From an uncultured Chloroflexia bacterium (GTDB lineage: Bacteria; Chloroflexota; Anaerolineae; Anaerolineales; Villigracilaceae), in contig CAWBPK010000001.1 in NCBI GenBank assembly GCA_963790685.1, positions 1,005,066 to 1,045,065 of the forward strand: 40,000 nt of DNA, given 5' to 3'. Position numbers and translations under genes: made by a program. Numbering within the stretch: position 1 is the stretch's first letter; each line of letters opens with the position of its first letter. Positions 8,489-18,058 of this stretch are shown piece by piece. The notes below the pieces were generated by a model, which searched no databases, had not been told where the DNA came from, and saw only the letters and a list, made by a program, of their open reading frames with translations.

Positions 8489-11400
8489 ATGAAACGACCA
8501 AATATCCACAAGTCATTGGCCAGGTTTTTTAATGCCATAATGATTGTTTTGCTCATACTGGTATATTTACCAGTTGTTCCAGCTTTTGCTGATGCCTGTG
8601 TATTCACTGCCTCTGGTAGCGGCGATTGGGATTCTGCAACAACCTGGGGGGGAGGTGGAGTTGGCACTTCATGTGGGGCATACCCAGGAGCTAGCAATGC
8701 TGGTGACTCTGTAATAATCAGCAATGGCCTTACAGTCAATCTGAATGTGTCACCAGCCAACCCGATTGCATCTTTAAGTATTAATGGTACTACGCTCATT
8801 ACGGGATTGTCTTTTACCGATTCAAATGACCTGAGCGTCAGCGGTGAAACAACCTTATCCGCGATCACTACGTCGAACAACAACATTATTAATACCCTTG
8901 CAGTGGGACAAGGCACTTTGAGCGCAGACAACATTACCATTTCAGGCAGTAGCAGAGGGGGAAGTCGTTATTCGGTAGTTTCAGTTTCCTCCGGGACAAT
9001 CAACGTCGCTGGTAATATTACCTTTAGCAACACAATGGCTAGGATGACATTTTCTGGTGCGGGAATACTCAACATTGGAGGAAACCTTGGAGGTGGCGGA
9101 ATGTTCACTCCAGCCACCGGCACGGTAAATTTCAACGGTTCCGGATCTCAGACTACCGGCGGTTACAGTTTTAATAATCTGACGCTCGATAATCCAAGTG
9201 GGTTAACGCTGGGTGGTAATTCAACCGTAACGAGCGCCCTCACCTTTAATAACGGCAAGATCATTACTGGCGTGAACTCTCTCATTCTGCCTGCGTCAGC
9301 CACGGTAACCGGCGAGGGGGCTGGCAATTACGTCGCGGGCAATTTACTAAGATCTTTCTCAGCTGCCTCATCTTCTTTTTCGTTCCCAATCGGTGACTCA
9401 GCCAACTATGCTCCGGTTGACCTTTCAATCACTGGTATTACAACTCCCGGCAATGTCACTGCCTCCGTAACCGGAGCCGCCTGCGGCGCTCCCGATATTG
9501 ACCAAAACAAGAACGTTAACCACTGCTGGACCTTGGCTGATACTGGCACGGTTTTTTCCAGTTACGGTGCGACCTTTCATTTCGCGGATGGCAATGTGGT
9601 GGATGCCGGAGCCATCCCTGAAAACTTTATTGTAGAAAAGGATGATGCTGGTGTCTGGACATTTCCGACGTTAGGGACCCGGACAACCACCAGCACGCAG
9701 GCAACCAGCATGACCTCCATGAGCAACTTTGCGGTGGGTGAACCTGGGATAATCACCCAGCCCGGAGTGACAACAGTTGCTGCCTCAGCTGTGACGAGAA
9801 CGAGCGCAGCGCTGAAAGGCATTGCCAATGCTGGCATCTTCAGCATGACTGTAACATTCAATTACGGCTTGGATGCAACTTATGGCTCGACGGTTACGGC
9901 CACGCCAAGCCCGGTTACTGGAAACGGAGTTGCTGTAAGTTATCCGCTTACTAATTTGATCCCCAATACGACCTATCACTATCAGGTCGTTGGAGTATAT
10001 GGCACTAGTCCAGTATATACAGTATATGGTGGGGATGTGTCCTTCAAAACCAGTGCCGTAGTCCCTACAACCTATTATGTAGATAATACCAACGCTACTT
10101 ATACCTGCAATGATAGCGGAGTGGGCACGTCTGATGCGCCGTTTTGCACAATTGCCAATGCAGCGAATAAAGCGGATGCTGGGGACACCGTACACGTTGT
10201 AGCTGGTACTTACCCTGAAACTGTGATACCGAAGAACAACGGCATCTCAGGAAACCCGATTACCTTCAACGCCAATTCAGGCGTCAATGTGACCGGCAAT
10301 GGTTCCACTAGCAATGGCGGTGCCTTCCGCATCACCAGCAAGAGCTACATTGTAGTCAACGGTTTTACCGTCACCGGCACCTCCGACTATGGGATCTACG
10401 CATGGGGCTCGACCAACATCACGTTCTCGAACAATCACGTCAGCAACTCCGGCAGCCCGGTGTCTGGTTCCACCCGTGCAGGCATCTACATCAACGGCAC
10501 CACCTATTCCACCATCAGCGGGAACACCATCGATCACAACAGCTCGCACGGTATTCTGCTGACATCTGGTTCCAATAATAACGTGGTCAGCAACAACGTC
10601 ATATTCGCCAACGCCGAACAGTGGCAGCGCAATGCGAACGGGATTAGATTAGACGGCAGCACTGGTAATACCATTATTCACAACATCACCTATGGAAATG
10701 AAGACTCGGGCTTGAATTTCTATACTGGTTCAAGCGGAAACAAAATCATCGGGAATCTCACCTACGGCAATGGCGACCATGGCATTGACAATAATGCCTC
10801 CCCCAACAACATATTCATTGGCAACACGGTACAGGGGAACGTGACAGCTGGTATCAACATTGAAGGTGATCCAGCTCCTGGTTCAGGTGGTGCAACAGTT
10901 ATTAACAACATCATGGTCGATAACGGCCTGCAACTCCTGGTTGGAGGCGGAACAACATCAGGAAACCCAGGCAATCTGCGTGTCGATACCAGATCGTATG
11001 TGGGGAATATTCTCGACTACAATCTGTATTATCTGAGCAGTGGTACCGTCCAAATCGATTGGGATGGTGTAGAGTATAGTTCGCTAGGGACGTTCCAGTC
11101 TGCAGTGACTGGACAGGAAACGCACGGGCTGGAAGCAGATCCGCTCTTTACCGGACCAGCTCCCATCGCGCAGCGACCTGCGGCAGCGCCGTATAATGTT
11201 GCAGTTAACGAAGGTGATTACCACCTGACTGTCGGATCGCCTGCTATCGGCAGCGCTGACTCGACCAATCCAAACAATCCGGCTGAAGATATTGAAGGCA
11301 CCCCCTGGGCGGGAGATCTCGGCGTATATGCCTTCCCCCGTACCCCAACTACCACCACTTTGGACTCCCTACCCAATCCTTCGACTTATGGAGAGTCTGT

Positions 11401-14400
11401 TACTTTCACAGCAACAGTTGACACTGGAGCCACGGGCAACGTCGAGTTCTTTGATGGTGCTGACTCACTCGGAACAAGTACACTTAATGGGAGTTCGCCT
11501 AATACTGCCACGTATTCCACCAGCACGTTGACAGCAGGATCACATTCGATCACTACAACATACCTTGGCGACAGTACCTATGGAGCAAGTACATCTTCGA
11601 TACTTTCGCAGGTGGTGGTTGGGTTAGATCAGACGATCAGCTATACGTCGACTGCGCCGAACAATGCAGTGGTGGGTGGACCGACCTACACTCCCACTGC
11701 CACTGCGACCTCCGGGCTGTTGGTGACGATCACGGTGGATGTGGCAGCCAGCTCAGTTTGTTCCATGACGGGTGGTGTGGTTTCGTTCATCGGGGTAGGC
11801 ACATGCGTGATCAATGCCAACCAGGCGGGGAATGCGACCTACAATCCAGCGCCGCAGGTACAACAATCCTTTGGGGTTAAGAATAACCAAACGATCAGCA
11901 TTACGTCGAGTGCGCCGATCAACGCAGGTGTGGGTGGCCCCACGTATACACCGACAGCGACGGCAACCTCTTTGCTGACGGTTGTTTTCACGATAGATGG
12001 GAGCGCCTCATCGGTCTGCTCGATCAGTGCAGGAGTGGTATCCTTCACAGGGGTAGGCACATGCGTGGTCGATGCCAACCAGGCGGGGAATGCGACCTAC
12101 AATCCAGCGCCGCAGGTACAACAATCCTTTGGGGTTAAGAACAATCAGACGATCAATATTACGTCGACTGCACCGATCAACGCAGGCGTGGGTGGCCCCA
12201 CGTATACACCGACAGCGACGGCAACCTCTTTGCTGACAGTTGTTTTCACGATAGATGGGAGCGCCTCATCGGTGTGCTCGATCAGTGCAGGAGTGGTATC
12301 CTTCACAGGGGTGGGTACATGCGTGGTCGATGCCAACCAGGCGGGGAATGCGACCTACAATCCAGCGCCGCAGGTACAACAATCCTTTGGGGTAAAGGAC
12401 AATCAAACGATCAGCATTACGTCGAGTGCGCCGATCAACGCAGGAGTGGGTGGCCCCACGTATACACCGCTAGCCACTGCGACTTCCGGGCTGACGGTTG
12501 TTTTCACGATAGATACGAGCGCCACATCGGTGTGCTCGATCAGTGCAGGGGTGGTATCCTTCACAGGGGTGGGTACATGCGTGATCGATGCCAACCAGGC
12601 GGGGAATGCGACCTACAATCCAGCGCCGCAGGTGCAACAATCCTTTGGGGTTAAGAACAATCAGACGATCAGCATTACATCGACTGCGCCCAACAATGCC
12701 GTGGTAGGTGGACCGACCTACACACCGACAGCGACGGCGACCTCTGGGCTTCCTGTGACAATCACCGTGGATGAAACTGCTGTGGCAATATGTTCCATGA
12801 CGGGCGGAGTAGTTTCATTTATTTCCAATGGTCTCTGTTTGATCAATGCCAACCAGACGGGGAATGCCACCTATAATCCTGCGCTGCAGGTACAACAATC
12901 CTTCGCGGTTGGCAAAGTAGATCAAACGATCAACATCACGTCGACTGCGCCGATCAATGCAGGTGTGGGCGGTCCCACGTATACACCGACAGCGACAGCC
13001 ACTTCCGGGCTGACGGTTGTTCTCACAATAGATACGAGCGCCATATCGGTGTGCTCGATCAGTGCAGGGGTGGTATCCTTCACAGGGGTGGGTACATGCG
13101 TGATCGATGCCAACCAGGCGGGGAATGCGACCTACAATCCTGCGCCGCAGGTACAACAATCCTTTGGGGTTAAGAATAACCAAACGATTAGCATTACGTC
13201 GACTGCGCCGATCAACGCAGGTGTGGGTGGCCCCACGTATACACCGACAGCCACAGCCACTTCCGGGCTGACGGTTGTTCTCACAATAGATGGGAGCGCC
13301 TCATCGGTCTGCTCGATCAGTGCAGGAGTGGTATCCTTCACAGGGGTAGGCACATGCGTGGTCGATGCCAACCAGGCGGGGAATGCGACCTACAATCCAG
13401 CGCCGCAGGTACAACAATCCTTTGGGGTTAAGAACAATCAGACGATCAATATTACGTCGACTGCACCGATCAACGCAGGTGTGGGTGGCCCCACGTATAC
13501 ACCGACAGCGACGGCAACCTCTTTGCTGACAGTTGTTTTCACGATAGATGGGAGCGCCTCATCGGTGTGCTCGATCAGTGCAGGAGTGGTATCCTTCACA
13601 GGGGTGGGTACATGCGTGGTCGATGCCAACCAGGCGGGGAATGCGACCTACAATCCAGCGCCGCAGGTACAACAATCCTTTGGGGTTAAGAACAATCAAA
13701 CGATCAGCATTACGTCGAGTGCGCCGATCAACGCAGGCGTGGGTGGCCCCACGTATACACCGACAGCGACGGCAACCTCTTTGCTGACAGTTGTTTTCAC
13801 GATAGATGGGAGTGCCTCATCGGTCTGCTCGATCAGTGCAGGGGTGGTATCCTTCACAGGGGTAGGCACATGCGTGATCGATGCCAACCAGGCGGGGAAT
13901 GCGACCTACAATCCAGCGCCGCAGGTGCAACAATCCTTTGCGGTTGGCAGAACCCCTACCGTGTCTACGCAAGCCGTCAGTTCTATAAAAATGACTATTG
14001 CCACTGGCAATGGCAATATCACAAGTTTAGGTGTACCCAATCCAACCCAGTATGGAGTAGTTTGGAGTACAGCGATCAACCCCACCATATCTTTGAGTAC
14101 TAAGACAGCACAAGGATCACGCTCTAGTCTGGGCGCTTTTACAAGTGCTATTACCGGCATGACTCCGAATACTCTGTACCACGTCCGGGCGTATGCTACG
14201 AATTCCGTTGGGACATCTTACGGTGCGGACGTCACTTTTACCACTTCTATATTTACGGATGTTCCCATCGGGTACTCCCAGGTATTTGGGGGAGTGACTT
14301 ATCCCTTGTATAAATATATTATTCCCTTGTACGATGCTGGATTAACAGCAGGTTGTAGTTCCAGTCCTTTGAGCTATTGCCCAACCCAAACCATGCTGCG

Positions 14401-14875
14401 AGCGGAGTCGGCTGTATTCATGTTGGTTGGCTTAAAAGGGACCACATATGTACCCCCTGCAGCGCCATGGAATACTTTTGCTGATAATTGGACTCTGGGT
14501 CCTTGGGCAGAGAAATGGGCGGAAGGGATGTGGGCGGAAAATTTAACCGCCGGCTGCCAGGCCAACCCGCTGCTCTTCTGTCCGTGGGACAACACCCCGC
14601 GCGTACAAGCAGCGGTATTCGGATTGGTAATTCTACACGGCAAAGGGTACATCCCAGGGCCTGCCAGCGGAACCGTGTTTGCCGATATGACCGATACAAA
14701 TAACTGGGGCACTAAGTGGGCAGAACAGGCCTACAAGGATGGGCTCATGGTGGCATGCGGGACGCAAGTCGTTGGGGGTGTTTCAAAGCCATTGTTCTGC
14801 CCGAATACCAATTTCAGTCGGGATTGGGCAGCATACTTGATTGTGAAGGCCACTGGTATGACGCCGATGCCTTAG
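8489..14875 (+). CDS. giant secreted cell-surface mosaic protein: signal/anchor, beta-helix (PbH1) region, FN3/Ig-like modules, 9x 86-aa repeats, 3 C-terminal SLH-like repeats
   Basis: - GGAGGAG precedes the ATG.
- The N-terminus MKRPNIHKSLARFFNAIMIVLLILVYLPVVPAFA looks like a signal peptide.
- PbH1-like turns: ITFSNNHVSNSG, STISGNTIDHNSSHGI, NNVVSNNVIFAN, NTIIHNITYGNEDSGL, NKIIGNLTYGNGDHGI, NIFIGNTVQGN.
- An Ig-like unit: TTTTLDSLPNPSTYGESVTFTATV...SHSITTTYLGDSTY.
- A tandem repeat array at 11624-13948.
- SLH-like FxDV...W...G(L/I)TxGC...(F/Y)CP...R..A.F repeats at 14252-14872. Confidence 0.85.
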   Translation: MKRPNIHKSLARFFNAIMIVLLILVYLPVVPAFADACVFTASGSGDWDSATTWGGGGVGTSCGAYPGASNAGDSVIISNGLTVNLNVSPANPIASLSINGTTLITGLSFTDSNDLSVSGETTLSAITTSNNNIINTLAVGQGTLSADNITISGSSRGGSRYSVVSVSSGTINVAGNITFSNTMARMTFSGAGILNIGGNLGGGGMFTPATGTVNFNGSGSQTTGGYSFNNLTLDNPSGLTLGGNSTVTSALTFNNGKIITGVNSLILPASATVTGEGAGNYVAGNLLRSFSAASSSFSFPIGDSANYAPVDLSITGITTPGNVTASVTGAACGAPDIDQNKNVNHCWTLADTGTVFSSYGATFHFADGNVVDAGAIPENFIVEKDDAGVWTFPTLGTRTTTSTQATSMTSMSNFAVGEPGIITQPGVTTVAASAVTRTSAALKGIANAGIFSMTVTFNYGLDATYGSTVTATPSPVTGNGVAVSYPLTNLIPNTTYHYQVVGVYGTSPVYTVYGGDVSFKTSAVVPTTYYVDNTNATYTCNDSGVGTSDAPFCTIANAANKADAGDTVHVVAGTYPETVIPKNNGISGNPITFNANSGVNVTGNGSTSNGGAFRITSKSYIVVNGFTVTGTSDYGIYAWGSTNITFSNNHVSNSGSPVSGSTRAGIYINGTTYSTISGNTIDHNSSHGILLTSGSNNNVVSNNVIFANAEQWQRNANGIRLDGSTGNTIIHNITYGNEDSGLNFYTGSSGNKIIGNLTYGNGDHGIDNNASPNNIFIGNTVQGNVTAGINIEGDPAPGSGGATVINNIMVDNGLQLLVGGGTTSGNPGNLRVDTRSYVGNILDYNLYYLSSGTVQIDWDGVEYSSLGTFQSAVTGQETHGLEADPLFTGPAPIAQRPAAAPYNVAVNEGDYHLTVGSPAIGSADSTNPNNPAEDIEGTPWAGDLGVYAFPRTPTTTTLDSLPNPSTYGESVTFTATVDTGATGNVEFFDGADSLGTSTLNGSSPNTATYSTSTLTAGSHSITTTYLGDSTYGASTSSILSQVVVGLDQTISYTSTAPNNAVVGGPTYTPTATATSGLLVTITVDVAASSVCSMTGGVVSFIGVGTCVINANQAGNATYNPAPQVQQSFGVKNNQTISITSSAPINAGVGGPTYTPTATATSLLTVVFTIDGSASSVCSISAGVVSFTGVGTCVVDANQAGNATYNPAPQVQQSFGVKNNQTINITSTAPINAGVGGPTYTPTATATSLLTVVFTIDGSASSVCSISAGVVSFTGVGTCVVDANQAGNATYNPAPQVQQSFGVKDNQTISITSSAPINAGVGGPTYTPLATATSGLTVVFTIDTSATSVCSISAGVVSFTGVGTCVIDANQAGNATYNPAPQVQQSFGVKNNQTISITSTAPNNAVVGGPTYTPTATATSGLPVTITVDETAVAICSMTGGVVSFISNGLCLINANQTGNATYNPALQVQQSFAVGKVDQTINITSTAPINAGVGGPTYTPTATATSGLTVVLTIDTSAISVCSISAGVVSFTGVGTCVIDANQAGNATYNPAPQVQQSFGVKNNQTISITSTAPINAGVGGPTYTPTATATSGLTVVLTIDGSASSVCSISAGVVSFTGVGTCVVDANQAGNATYNPAPQVQQSFGVKNNQTINITSTAPINAGVGGPTYTPTATATSLLTVVFTIDGSASSVCSISAGVVSFTGVGTCVVDANQAGNATYNPAPQVQQSFGVKNNQTISITSSAPINAGVGGPTYTPTATATSLLTVVFTIDGSASSVCSISAGVVSFTGVGTCVIDANQAGNATYNPAPQVQQSFAVGRTPTVSTQAVSSIKMTIATGNGNITSLGVPNPTQYGVVWSTAINPTISLSTKTAQGSRSSLGAFTSAITGMTPNTLYHVRAYATNSVGTSYGADVTFTTSIFTDVPIGYSQVFGGVTYPLYKYIIPLYDAGLTAGCSSSPLSYCPTQTMLRAESAVFMLVGLKGTTYVPPAAPWNTFADNWTLGPWAEKWAEGMWAENLTAGCQANPLLFCPWDNTPRVQAAVFGLVILHGKGYIPGPASGTVFADMTDTNNWGTKWAEQAYKDGLMVACGTQVVGGVSKPLFCPNTNFSRDWAAYLIVKATGMTPMP
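11624..13948 (+). repeat. nine in-frame tandem repeats of 258 bp (one of 261 bp), 86 aa each, inside the giant gene
   Basis: Units start at 11624, 11882, 12140, 12398, 12656, 12917, 13175, 13433 and 13691. The consensus is NNQTISITSTAPINAGVGGPTYTPTATATSGLTVVFTIDGSASSVCSISAGVVSFTGVGTCVIDANQAGNATYNPAPQVQQSFGVK. Units 3 and 8 differ at 2 of 258 nt by direct comparison. Units 1 and 5 are a divergent subtype. Confidence 0.9.
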
Positions 14876-14897
14876 AGGATTCTCCCATCCCGCCACC

Positions 14898-16097
14898 ATG
14901 AAAAATGTATTCTTGAAGCGCACTGTAACTATCTACTGTCCGGACAACCATCTAATCTACGACCGCCTCCGCCTGGATCAAAAGGGGGTTGGAGGCGGTG
15001 TCACCACTCGGACCCGGATGGCTTATGCTCTGGCTGCTCGAGGGCACCAGGTTAAACTATATATCAATTGCCCAAAAAATGTGACGGAAATGGGGGTGGA
15101 GACGCACCATTTTTCAGACTTGAAGCGGGATAACTCTGATCTATTTATTGCCAGTACCAGTGGAGGGAAGTTCGACCTCTCCAACCTAAGCGGGATAGAA
15201 CTAAATAACCAACTGAAGATTCTGCTCGTCCATGGAATAACCCGACCCAATGGATTGTCATCCTTCCTTTTTGATTTTGCTTATGCTCCCAGTAATTTCA
15301 TCCGCCGGAAAACGGTTGCAGATTGGGGTTTGAATGGAAACAATGTCTTCGTCTCGTATCGGGGAGTGATGGAAGCGAATTTCTCTAGTAGGGTCCATCA
15401 ATCTCCAGCGCGCAACCCGTTTTCCCTTTTGTATACCGGTCACCCCTCCAAGGGTCTGGAAACAGCCATTTCCATTTTGCGCTTCTTGCGGTTAGCCGAC
15501 CAGCGCTTTCACCTGCATGTCTTTGGTGGTGTTGGGCTATGGGGTGAAACAGGGGATAACCCTCTCCCTGAGCCGGGGATCACCTACCATGGTGTTATCG
15601 GACAGCGCCAGTTGGCGCGTGAAATGCAATCTTGCAGTTTCAGCTTGAATCTCCAAACCATTCAGGATTCATTCGGAATGGCAGTGATAGAAGCCATGCG
15701 TGCTGGGTGCATTGTGTTGGCCAGCTCGGTGGGTGCCTTCCCCGAGATCGTTTCCCATGGCCAGGATGGATTTCTGGTTCCCGGAGATCCCTTCAGCGAA
15801 CCGACGCGCCAGGCTGCATCCGACCTTATCCTGGAGTTGGTTCACAACCCGGAGTATTCCAGCTTCCTGCGCCGAAATGCTGTCAACACTCCCTTGACCT
15901 GGGATATGGTCGCCCGGACCTGGGAAGGTCACTGGGAATGGGCTATGGCAAAGGATTCTCGGAAAGTTATTCCTCTCACCCCGGTCTACGGTAGCTGCAA
16001 CGAATGCGGTGAAACCTGGCTCGCACTGGCGGATGGCTTGCATTGCACTCGCTGCGGTAACTATCAAAGGAAGTCATCCTTGCCCGTCGTATTTTGA
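14898..16097 (+). CDS. GT-B glycosyltransferase (GT4/group-1 type) with a C-terminal Cys4 zinc-ribbon
   Basis: Contains FGMAVIEAMRAGCIVLASSVGAFPEIVSHGQDGFLV, a typical group-1 C-terminal domain. The tail is CNECGETWLALADGLHCTRCGNY (CxxC-x12-CxxC). Confidence 0.8.
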   Translation: MKNVFLKRTVTIYCPDNHLIYDRLRLDQKGVGGGVTTRTRMAYALAARGHQVKLYINCPKNVTEMGVETHHFSDLKRDNSDLFIASTSGGKFDLSNLSGIELNNQLKILLVHGITRPNGLSSFLFDFAYAPSNFIRRKTVADWGLNGNNVFVSYRGVMEANFSSRVHQSPARNPFSLLYTGHPSKGLETAISILRFLRLADQRFHLHVFGGVGLWGETGDNPLPEPGITYHGVIGQRQLAREMQSCSFSLNLQTIQDSFGMAVIEAMRAGCIVLASSVGAFPEIVSHGQDGFLVPGDPFSEPTRQAASDLILELVHNPEYSSFLRRNAVNTPLTWDMVARTWEGHWEWAMAKDSRKVIPLTPVYGSCNECGETWLALADGLHCTRCGNYQRKSSLPVVF

Positions 16098-16154
16098 AAA
16101 TCTTTGCTAACCAGATCGATACATTTTTTATTAAATTATCACTCGGAGGAGAAC

Positions 16155-16934
16155 ATGCCCAAACGCTTGCTCTATACCATTTTAACAATTCTGGTTTTTA
16201 TGGGAATCCTTACTGCTATCATATTGACCAAATGTACTCCCAATTCGCAGTCAATCCAAACCCCTACTGTTCCCACTCTGGTGGTTGCTACTGCCCTTCC
16301 GGTCCATTGCGATCCGATCGATGTCAGTAGCGGCGCAGCTCAGACCGTTTTGACTCTTCCAGATGGCTCACAGATATATTTGGCTGAAAACACTGAAATC
16401 GAAATCACTCCGGCAGGGTACTGCCCGGGACTCTATGAGCATAAGATCCTGCTCAAACACGGCCAAGTGGCGGTAATCTCTTTGCTTCCCGTAGGAAACT
16501 CGGTTGTCGTCACCAGCCCGACTGGCTATTTTGCCCAGATTAGTGGAACAGGCCTGGTAACATTAGATCCTGTTGCGAATGATTTCATAATGGACTGTAC
16601 AAGTGGAACTTGTGCCTTGGGGGCAAAAGCCGACAAACTCATCTCGTTGGGCTGTGGAGAAAGTGGATACCTGGATGCTTATGGCAACTTCAACGGTCTG
16701 TTTAACGTTGACTTGGACAGGATAGCGCAGTTTGGTGATTGGTTAATGCCGAAGTGTGTCCCCGCCTTGACAAGCACTCCCAAGCCTGCAAATGCTACTC
16801 TTACATCGACCCCGACCATGGATGTGGGTGCGACCGCAACCGCTTATTGCAACTCCTTTAGAAGCCAATTCGCGCTTACTCCCTGCCCGACATTGAAACC
16901 TTCCGGGACGCCCTCCCCGACGACCAAGCCTTAG
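16155..16934 (+). CDS. membrane-anchored extracytoplasmic protein with a FecR-like segment and Pro/Thr-rich tail
   Basis: I prefer the ATG at 16155, preceded by GGAGGAG, over the tracked start at 16104. It has one TM helix (LLYTILTILVFMGILTAIIL), LPDGSQIYLAENTEIEI (FecR-type motif) and a C-terminal TSTPKPANATLTSTP...PSGTPSPTTKP. Confidence 0.5.
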   Translation: MPKRLLYTILTILVFMGILTAIILTKCTPNSQSIQTPTVPTLVVATALPVHCDPIDVSSGAAQTVLTLPDGSQIYLAENTEIEITPAGYCPGLYEHKILLKHGQVAVISLLPVGNSVVVTSPTGYFAQISGTGLVTLDPVANDFIMDCTSGTCALGAKADKLISLGCGESGYLDAYGNFNGLFNVDLDRIAQFGDWLMPKCVPALTSTPKPANATLTSTPTMDVGATATAYCNSFRSQFALTPCPTLKPSGTPSPTTKP

Positions 16935-16978
16935 CATTCCCGGGTTACGCCAATTTCCTTCGTGGACAAGAATCTACC

Positions 16979-18058
16979 ATGAATTTTGGAATTAACCAGG
17001 TGGAAACCAGGGCGGCGATTACCCGCCTGAAAGTTGCAAAAAGCGCTGCAGTGCTCATTTTGGCACACAACGAGGCGGGTGTTATCGAATCGGCCCTCCG
17101 GTCTGTTGGTCCCGTGCTTGATCCTCAGGATGCTGTTTATGTTATCGCTGATAACTGTCTTGATTCAACCGCAGCCCGCGCAGCTAGTGCAGGGGCTTTA
17201 GTCTGGGAGCGGTTGACCCGGTCCTCCACTGGAAAAGGTGCTGCCCTGAAATGGTTTGTGGATCAGGCAGGCGACTTGATCGAACGCTATGACCTGTTAG
17301 TGATCCTGGATGCTGATAACCTGGTACCTCCGGGATTCATGCAGGGTATCAAGGCGGGTTATCAAGGGAAAGGGATCATGCAATGTTTCGTCTATCCCAC
17401 CAGTTACCAGGGTTCGCCGCTTGGCACGCTGATCGCCCTTTCAGAGATCCACGAACAAAAAACTATCGATGGGTTGCGTACCCTATTCGGCTGGCCTGTA
17501 AGGCTGCGCGGTACGGGGATGGTAATGACTCCATCTCTGCTAAAGATCGTTGCCCAAATGATCGACACCGAGGTGGAAGACATTGCCATGAGCCTGTTAT
17601 TTGCTGCAAGCGGCATCCCGGTGGAAATGAATCCGCATATCTGCGTTTACGACCCAAAGCCACGTGAATCCGTCCTCGCCTCCCGTCAAAGGGCACGCTG
17701 GTTTCGCGGCCAATGGGCAGCATTCTGGCATTATAGGGCGGAGGTGGTGATACTGACTAAACGCGGGCTGCCTGGCTGGTCGCTGCTGAGTTCATTGTTC
17801 CTAAAACCAAGATGGTTGATGGACCTGGTACTAGTCCTGCTGGCAACTGCCAGCGCCTGGTTTTCCTGGCCCCTGTCTGCCCTGTTCCTGACCCCGGTCC
17901 TTTTCGACCTGGCTTGCCTGGGGTGGACGATCTTTTCCTCCGAAGACTGGCGTGATTATCTCAAAGCCATCTTGTACAGCCCGACATTTATCTATATGTG
18001 GGTCCGCAGTTTTCTGCTGGCTCTTCAAAAAAGCCCCTGGCAGCGGGCGCGCGAGTGA
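16979..18058 (+). CDS. membrane GT2 (GT-A) glycosyltransferase, processive-synthase-like
   Basis: Contains VLILAHNEAGVIESAL, VYVIADNCLDSTA, GKGAALKW, LVILDADN and the Q(R)xRW-type motif RQRARWFRGQW. C-terminal hydrophobic helices follow. Confidence 0.8.
   Translation: MNFGINQVETRAAITRLKVAKSAAVLILAHNEAGVIESALRSVGPVLDPQDAVYVIADNCLDSTAARAASAGALVWERLTRSSTGKGAALKWFVDQAGDLIERYDLLVILDADNLVPPGFMQGIKAGYQGKGIMQCFVYPTSYQGSPLGTLIALSEIHEQKTIDGLRTLFGWPVRLRGTGMVMTPSLLKIVAQMIDTEVEDIAMSLLFAASGIPVEMNPHICVYDPKPRESVLASRQRARWFRGQWAAFWHYRAEVVILTKRGLPGWSLLSSLFLKPRWLMDLVLVLLATASAWFSWPLSALFLTPVLFDLACLGWTIFSSEDWRDYLKAILYSPTFIYMWVRSFLLALQKSPWQRARE

Noticed and set aside
8440-8940. 166-aa minus-strand ORF
   Set aside because: It is antisense to the 5' end of the giant gene, which has a strong SD and signal peptide.
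12274-12654. 126-aa + strand ORF in an alternative frame of the repeats (and 13548-13787, 13870-14103)
   Set aside because: These are out-of-frame readings of the tandem repeat inside the giant ORF, with Arg/Gly-rich nonsense composition.
11839-13887. Family of near-identical 63-79-aa minus-strand ORFs (MASTTHVPTPVKDTT...)
   Set aside because: They are antisense images of the 258-bp coding repeats. Their identity simply mirrors the repeat. They have no start context, and the sense frame is one uninterrupted 2128-aa ORF.
11624-13948. CRISPR-like or satellite array
   Set aside because: The repeats are contiguous with no spacers, keep one open frame, and encode a conserved domain. This is a protein tandem repeat, not a CRISPR array.
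16104-16154. Non-ATG 5' extension of the FecR-like ORF
   Set aside because: An ATG at 16155 is preceded by GGAGGAG at ideal spacing and starts directly at the TM anchor.
17998-18054. Upstream extension of the GT-C-like ORF
   Set aside because: It lies entirely inside the GT2 gene in another frame. GTG 18055, which forms a GTGA overlap with the upstream stop, is the more plausible start.
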